Positions 58,613-64,000 of a DNA stretch of 64,000 nucleotides are shown piece by piece. The DNA is from Spirochaetia bacterium (GTDB lineage Bacteria; Spirochaetota; Spirochaetia; SZUA-6; Bin103): NCBI GenBank assembly GCA_965208575.1, contig CBDBOV010000002.1:192001-256000 (forward strand), read 5' to 3'. The notes under the pieces were generated by a model. The model was given only the letters and a program-made list of their open reading frames with translations, was not told where the DNA came from and made no database searches. How positions within the stretch are numbered: the first letter of the stretch is position 1; each line of letters opens with the position of its first letter. The position numbers were made by a program, and so were the translations under genes.

Positions 58613-58888
58613 ATGGAACAGGCGGGCACGGTGACCATCCTCGGCATGGGGGTGGTGTTCTTCTTCCTGGCCCTGCTGAGCCTGGGCATGGCCGCGCTGC
58701 GCCGCTGGTACGGCGGCGAACCGTCGGCACCGGCCGCGGAGCCGGCGGCGGCGACCGCCGCGGGTGGGGCGCCGGCACGGCACGACGCCCGCTGGGTGGC
58801 GGCCGCGGTGGCCGCCTGGCTGGCGGAGCAGGGCCGGTTCGACGAGGTGAGCGCGGCACCCTGGGACCCGATGCGGAGGCGCCGGTGA
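58613..58888 (+). CDS. OadG/MmdD-like membrane subunit
   Basis: TILGMGVVFFFLALL, Ala/Pro linker, VAAAVAA, terminal W...RR. Confidence 0.82.
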   Translation: MEQAGTVTILGMGVVFFFLALLSLGMAALRRWYGGEPSAPAAEPAAATAAGGAPARHDARWVAAAVAAWLAEQGRFDEVSAAPWDPMRRRR

Positions 58889-59388
58889 AGCAGCAGGTCA
58901 CGTTCGAGTACGAGGGCCGGTCCTACACCGTCGAGGTGGAACGCAACGGCGACACCCTGGTGATCGAGAGCGAGGGCCAGAGCTACGAGGTCACCCTCAG
59001 CGGCGATGCGCGGCCGGTGGCCGCCCCGGCGGCGGCCACCGGAGCGGGACCTTCCGCGGGCGGCGCGCCTGCCGCGAGCGCTCCACCGCAGGCCGCCGCA
59101 TCCGCTGCCTCTTCGCCGACGCCCGTGTCAGCGCCCGCGCCGGCGCCCGCGCCAGCGGACGGCAGCGCCGCGCCCGGCGACGTGGTGGCGCCGATGACCG
59201 GCACCATCCGCGAGGTCCGCGCCGCGGTGGGCGCGGCGGTGACCGAGGGACAGGTGCTGTTCGTGATGGAGGCGATGAAGATGGACCTGGAGGTGCCGGC
59301 GGCGGTGGCCGGGACGGTGTCCGAGATTGCGGTCGCCGCCGGCGACAGCGTGGTCGAGGCGCAGATCCTCGCCCGCGTGTCGGGCTGA
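58885..59388 (+). CDS. Biotin carboxyl carrier subunit (MmdC-like)
   Basis: GTGA overlap; Y.VEVE N-terminus, Ala/Pro linker, VVAPMTG, EAMKM. Confidence 0.9.
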   Translation: MKQQVTFEYEGRSYTVEVERNGDTLVIESEGQSYEVTLSGDARPVAAPAAATGAGPSAGGAPAASAPPQAAASAASSPTPVSAPAPAPAPADGSAAPGDVVAPMTGTIREVRAAVGAAVTEGQVLFVMEAMKMDLEVPAAVAGTVSEIAVAAGDSVVEAQILARVSG

Positions 59389-59400
59389 CGGGCTGCTCAC

Positions 59401-60561
59401 GTGGGGCTGTTCGGCCTGATCGGCGAGTTTCTCGCCAACACCGGCGTCGCCGGCTTCATCGCGCTCGGCCCCGACTGGTGGCGACCGCTGGTGATGCTCG
59501 GCGTGGGCGGCCTGCTGATCTACCTGGCGATCGTCAAGGAATACGAGCCGCTGCTGCTGATCCCGATCGGGTTCGCGTGCATCCTGGTCAACCTGCCGCT
59601 CACCGAGCTGTTCCACACCGACGTGCAACTCCTGGGCGGCGCCGAGCGCGGCCTGCTGGACTACATATTCACCGGCCTCGCCACCGGCGTGTTCCCGCCG
59701 CTGATCTTCCTGGGCCTGGGGGCGATGACCGACTTCAGCCCGCTGCTGGCCAAGCCGCAGACCTTCCTGCTCGGCGCGGCTGCGCAGTTCGGCATCTTCG
59801 GCACCCTGCTGGCCGCCCAGGCGATGGGCTTCAATTTCAACGAGGCAGCGTCGATTGCCATTATCGGCGGCGCTGACGGCCCGACCGCGATCTTCCTCAC
59901 CTCGCGCCTCGCCGACCACCTGCTCGGCGCGGTGGCGGTGGCCGCCTACTCCTACATGGCGCTGGTGCCGATCATCCAGCCGCCGATCATCCGCCTGCTG
60001 ACCACCAGGAAGGAGCGCTCGGTGGTGATGTCGGAGGTGCCGCCGGTGCCGCGCTCGGTCCGCATCATGTTTCCGATTGCGATTACCCTGACCGCCGCCC
60101 TGCTGGTGCCGCCCTCCACGCCGCTGATCGGCATGCTGATGTTCGGCAACCTGCTGCGCGAGGCGGGCGTGGTCGACCGGCTGTCCAAGGCCGCCCAGAA
60201 CGAGTTGACCAACATCATCACCATCTTCCTGGGCCTGGCGGTCGGCGCCAAGCTCACCGCGGCGGAGTTCCTGACCTTCGACACGATCCGGATCATCGTC
60301 CTCGGGCTGGCGGCGTTTTCGGTCGGCACCGCCTCCGGGGTGCTGCTCGGCAAGCTGCTCTACCTGGTCTCGGGCGGCAAGGTGAACCCGATGATCGGCG
60401 CCGCCGGCGTGTCCGCGGTACCGATGGCCGCGCGCGTGGTGCAGCGCATGGGGCAGCGCGAGAACCCGAGCAACTTCCTGCTGATGAACGCCATCGGCCC
60501 CAACTACGCCGGCGTGATCGGTTCCGCCGTCGCCGCCGGCGTCCTGATGGCCATGGCCTGA
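59401..60561 (+). CDS. Na+-translocating decarboxylase beta subunit (OadB/MmdB)
   Basis: YEPLLLIPIGF, PPLIFLGLGAMTDF, GAAAQFGIF, IIGGADGPT, AAYSYMALVP, GVSAVPMAARV. Confidence 0.95.
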   Translation: MGLFGLIGEFLANTGVAGFIALGPDWWRPLVMLGVGGLLIYLAIVKEYEPLLLIPIGFACILVNLPLTELFHTDVQLLGGAERGLLDYIFTGLATGVFPPLIFLGLGAMTDFSPLLAKPQTFLLGAAAQFGIFGTLLAAQAMGFNFNEAASIAIIGGADGPTAIFLTSRLADHLLGAVAVAAYSYMALVPIIQPPIIRLLTTRKERSVVMSEVPPVPRSVRIMFPIAITLTAALLVPPSTPLIGMLMFGNLLREAGVVDRLSKAAQNELTNIITIFLGLAVGAKLTAAEFLTFDTIRIIVLGLAAFSVGTASGVLLGKLLYLVSGGKVNPMIGAAGVSAVPMAARVVQRMGQRENPSNFLLMNAIGPNYAGVIGSAVAAGVLMAMA

Positions 60562-60576
60562 CCGGGGAGTGGTACG

Positions 60577-61806
60577 GTGCCCCTTGATCCACGCGCCATC
60601 ATCGCCGGGGGAGAGAACGCCAAGACCGAGTTGAAGCGTGACGACCGGACCCTGCGCCCCGAGCGCTTGGCCCGGGAGATCGTCGCGTTCGCCAACATGA
60701 ACGGCGGCGTGATCGTGATCGGCGTCGAAGACGACGGGCGCATCTCGGGTGTAACCAGGCGTAACCTGCAGGCCTGGCTGATGGACACCGTGATCGGGCG
60801 CTTCATCGATCCGCAGATCGTGCCCGACTACGAGGAGTTCGTCCTGGACGGCAAGCAGGTCGCGGTCGTCACCGTGCCCGCCGGCAGCGCCAAGCCGTAT
60901 GCGGTACGGCAGCAGGAGCGGACCGACTACTACATCCGCCTCGGCGACACCGTGCAGCGCGCCGGCCGCGAGCAGATGGCGCGCCTGTTTCAGTCCGGCG
61001 GGCTGGTCTCCGTGGAGAAGATGCCCGTGCACGGGAGTTCGCAGGCCGATCTCGACACGCGCCGACTGGAAGACTATTTCCTGGACGTCCTGGGCGAGGA
61101 GGCGGTGCCGGACTGGCAGCGCACCTTGCTCAACCGCGAGCTGCTGGTCGCCGACGAGTGGCGCCCGGAGGTGCGCACCTGCTCGCATGCCGGGATTGTG
61201 CTGTTCGCACGCGAGCCGCGGCGCCGGATGCCGCAGGCCGGGATCCGGCTGCTGGTATTCCCCGGCACCGACATGGACTACGATGCCAACCTGGACGAGG
61301 TGCTCGACATCCCCTTCGTCGGCCTCAAGGAGCGCCGGGAGCGGGAGTTCATCGAGCAGTCGCTCCCGAACCGCGTGCTCAGCTACCTGCAAGCGCATAT
61401 CAGCCACGAGCGCCTGGAAGGAATGCGCCGGTTGCGGCACTGGGACTACCCCACCGAGGTGATCCGCGAGTTGCTGGTAAACGCCTTCGCCCACCGCGAC
61501 TGGACGCGCCCGAGTGATGTGCAGCTCACGGTATACGCCGACCGCCTCGAAGTGCACAGCCCCGGCTCCCTGCCCAACGGCGTTACGGTGGAGAAGGCCA
61601 AGGCCGGCCTGCGCGTGCCGCGCAACTCCAATATCGTCAACATCCTGCGCGACTACGACTTCAAGCACCGCGGCATGGGAATCCGCCGCAAGGTTATCCC
61701 CCTGACCCGCGCCCACAACGGCACCGACCCCCAATTCCACGCCACCGAAGACTACTTCAAGGTCACCCTCCACAAGGAAGCGACCCCGGCGCCGGGGTCC
61801 GGGTAG
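60577..61806 (+). CDS. Schlafen/AlbA_2 + HATPase_c_4 protein
   Basis: GENAKTELK, IVAFANMNGG...GVEDDG, RELLVNAFAHRDW, DRLEVHSPG, RGMGI. Confidence 0.88.
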   Translation: MPLDPRAIIAGGENAKTELKRDDRTLRPERLAREIVAFANMNGGVIVIGVEDDGRISGVTRRNLQAWLMDTVIGRFIDPQIVPDYEEFVLDGKQVAVVTVPAGSAKPYAVRQQERTDYYIRLGDTVQRAGREQMARLFQSGGLVSVEKMPVHGSSQADLDTRRLEDYFLDVLGEEAVPDWQRTLLNRELLVADEWRPEVRTCSHAGIVLFAREPRRRMPQAGIRLLVFPGTDMDYDANLDEVLDIPFVGLKERREREFIEQSLPNRVLSYLQAHISHERLEGMRRLRHWDYPTEVIRELLVNAFAHRDWTRPSDVQLTVYADRLEVHSPGSLPNGVTVEKAKAGLRVPRNSNIVNILRDYDFKHRGMGIRRKVIPLTRAHNGTDPQFHATEDYFKVTLHKEATPAPGSG

Positions 61807-61851
61807 CGGCGTACGGCAAGATCGCGGTACCCTTCCGGGACCGGCGGCACC

Positions 61852-63240
61852 ATGAAGTTTCGATTCAAGAACCTCGGTCCTATCAAGGAGGCCAATCTCG
61901 AACTCGGCGACCTCACCATAATCGCCGGCCCCAACAACACCGGCAAAACCTACCTCGCCTACGCTCTGTACGGCTTCCTCAAACGATGGGAGTGGCCACG
62001 CGAGGCGGTTATCAGTCGCGCGCGCGAAAGGGGCCTCGCTGCCTTCGGTTCCGCGGCGGCCGCAGCGGTAGACAAGGGGCGTGCAACCATTCCGGCAGAT
62101 ACGCACGAACTCGAAATGCAACGATCAGCCGTTGCGCGATCCATGGCTGGATTGTTCTCGAAATCGGAACTGTCCCAAGTGTTCAGTTCAGCACGGGAGC
62201 GATTCAAGGATGCGTCGGTCGAGGTGAGTTCCACGTTACCTGAAGACATGCCGCCTATAGACTTGCGTGATCCCTCTGGGATCCACTGTCGAGTGTGTCG
62301 GGAACACGGCCATATCGTCGTGTCAGTTGATGCTCCTCAGGGACAGAGCGTCGACAGAGTGTCGGCAATCTACGCCCTGGAGATGCTGTACCTCAGATTC
62401 CTCTTCCCCGAGCTTGAGATCGAACCCTTCATACTGTGTTCGGAGCGTTTCGGGATCTCCCTGTTCTATCGAGAGCTCGACTTTACGAAGAACAAGCTCG
62501 TTGACCTGCTTCAACAGATGAGTGATGAGAGAAGCCAACTCCACACCGATCCCTTCCTCGTAATAGACCGGACGACGAGTCGATACGCGTTGCCGGTAAA
62601 GGACAATATCGACTACACGCGCAGTATTCCCGATCTCCGAGGCCAAAAGAGTGCGCTGTCCGAGCACAAACTGGCGACGGAACTGAGACGGCTGACGAGT
62701 GCATCCTACAAGAGCTCCGGTGACAGCATCTCGCTCACGTCGACCGCGCGCGGTCCGCGGCGGTTCAGCATCCCGCTACACTTGGCGTCTTCCTCGGCGC
62801 GAGGGTTGTCGGATCTGTACTTCTTTCTGCAGCACGTTGCTGGGCCCAATCATCTCCTGATCATTGATGAGCCGGAGAGTCATCTCGATACGCACAACCA
62901 GATTCTGATGGCCCGCTTGCTGGTTCGGTGCGTGCATGCGGGCCTGAAGGTCCTGATCACCACCCACAGTGACTATCTCGTGAAGGAACTCAACAACCTC
63001 ATCATGCTCAGCCGCGACCTCGACGGCAAACAGGACTTGCTCAAGAAACTCAAGTACGACACTGATGATGCTCTCGATCCGGGTCGAATTCGTGCTTATG
63101 TGGCTGAGAACGGCACCTTGACCGCATGCAACGTAGACAAGTATGGCATGGAGATGCCGAACTTCGACAGCACCATAGATGACATCAATCACGCTACTAA
63201 CGAGATCTCATCGCGGATTCTCGAGACCGAGGGAGAGTGA
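61852..63240 (+). CDS. ABC-type (AAA_15/AAA_21) ATPase
   Basis: KNLGPIKEA, GPNNTGKT, signature-position ASSS, IIDEPESHL, ITTHSDY. Confidence 0.9.
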   Translation: MKFRFKNLGPIKEANLELGDLTIIAGPNNTGKTYLAYALYGFLKRWEWPREAVISRARERGLAAFGSAAAAAVDKGRATIPADTHELEMQRSAVARSMAGLFSKSELSQVFSSARERFKDASVEVSSTLPEDMPPIDLRDPSGIHCRVCREHGHIVVSVDAPQGQSVDRVSAIYALEMLYLRFLFPELEIEPFILCSERFGISLFYRELDFTKNKLVDLLQQMSDERSQLHTDPFLVIDRTTSRYALPVKDNIDYTRSIPDLRGQKSALSEHKLATELRRLTSASYKSSGDSISLTSTARGPRRFSIPLHLASSSARGLSDLYFFLQHVAGPNHLLIIDEPESHLDTHNQILMARLLVRCVHAGLKVLITTHSDYLVKELNNLIMLSRDLDGKQDLLKKLKYDTDDALDPGRIRAYVAENGTLTACNVDKYGMEMPNFDSTIDDINHATNEISSRILETEGE

Positions 63241-63788
63241 GTTACAGCCTGAACGATCAATTGGAGGCGGTCCTTCGCGCCGATCGACTACGAAGGGTTG
63301 CATCGGATCGCGTAACCATACGCGAGCGCAAAGCGAACATGTCGATCGACGTAACGGGTGTGAAATGGCGCGCCACGACGATTCGCATCGACAGGCTCGG
63401 CGACCTCTCCGGGCTGCGCCGGGGCGATTGGAACCAGAAGTGTGACTACCTCATGGTGATTCACAAGGGAACCACCTACCATGCCACATTCCTCGAGTTG
63501 AAGAAGTCCTTGGACGAGGGGGCTCCCAAGCCACTTGAGCAACTGCGTCGGTCCTTACCGTTCCTGGAATACCTGCGCTCGGTTTGCTGCATCCACTTCG
63601 AGGATGCCACTCCGCCAGATGTCGATGTGCGCTACGCGGTGATCGGCGAGAAGGGGCAACAGCGATTCGACAAACAGTCTGTGAAGGCGAGGCCGGGACA
63701 ACCCGTTTGGACGAAGCCTCACCGCGGGATTACGGTATCAGCTTTCCTGGGGCCGACTGTTCCTCTTGAGGCGCTGGTCGGCACATAG
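63237..63788 (+). CDS. Hypothetical PD-(D/E)XK-like nuclease coupled to the ATPase
   Basis: GTGA overlap; KCDYL...FLELK...EQL. Confidence 0.65.
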   Translation: MSYSLNDQLEAVLRADRLRRVASDRVTIRERKANMSIDVTGVKWRATTIRIDRLGDLSGLRRGDWNQKCDYLMVIHKGTTYHATFLELKKSLDEGAPKPLEQLRRSLPFLEYLRSVCCIHFEDATPPDVDVRYAVIGEKGQQRFDKQSVKARPGQPVWTKPHRGITVSAFLGPTVPLEALVGT

Positions 63789-63790
63789 AA

Positions 63791-64000
63791 ATGAGTGCGG
63801 TGCCGGTTGAGCGCGACGTCCTCTCGTATTACGAGCGCTACGACGAACAGGGGCGGCTCGGGCGCGGTTCCGGGGCGCTGGAGTTTGCCCGCATGCAGGC
63901 TCTGATCGAGCGCTTCCTGCCGCCGCCGCCGGGAGTGATCCTGGATGTCGGCGGCGGCCCCGGCCGCTACGCATGCTGGCTCGCTGTCGAGGGATACCAG
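63791..64000 (+). CDS. Class I SAM-dependent methyltransferase (partial, runs off the window)
   Basis: Own translation: MSAVPVERDVLSYYERYDEQGRL...LEFAR...VILDVGGGPGRYACWLA. Confidence 0.85.
   Translation, partial: MSAVPVERDVLSYYERYDEQGRLGRGSGALEFARMQALIERFLPPPPGVILDVGGGPGRYACWLAVEGYQ

Noticed and set aside
57059-60561. Na+-pumping decarboxylase operon as a novel system
   Set aside because: Standard alpha-delta-gamma-beta organisation of a known enzyme family; only the substrate is uncertain.

Overview
High-GC bacterial chromosomal window. It is probably from a spirochaete (inference from the solute-binding-protein leaders, fabV and the RecQ N-terminus); the CARDB protein and abundant TA genes would fit a host- or sponge-associated lineage. 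The backbone is housekeeping and catabolic: carbohydrate ABC transporter, two sulfatases, pstS, aceE, oxidoreductases, transketolase, fabV, trmH-like, recQ-like, and a Na+-pumping acyl-CoA decarboxylase operon. Accessory units are interleaved, many visibly lower in GC: two TA pairs, an Rpn nuclease, MerR+VIT/vWA, a coupled three-gene TIGR04255-like module, a nuclease-STAND-TPR protein, a solo dynamin, two AlbA/HATPase genes and an ABC-ATPase+nuclease pair. Four structures stand out. (i) An HNH gene (26121-28469) carries an in-frame array of ~81-bp units that differs from the array in its decayed paralogue at 11.7-15.4 kb. (ii) That paralogue is split by a nested insertion: a ~200-bp non-coding mini-element containing an integrase+IS91-transposase element; both reconstruct tyrosine-recombinase-type junctions. 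(iii) The TIGR04255-like module ends in a possible ADP-ribosyltransferase toxin. (iv) A polarised ~80-bp tandem array is copied from a gene's 3' end. No rRNA, tRNA or CRISPR array was seen. All family calls come from motif recognition by eye, not database searches.
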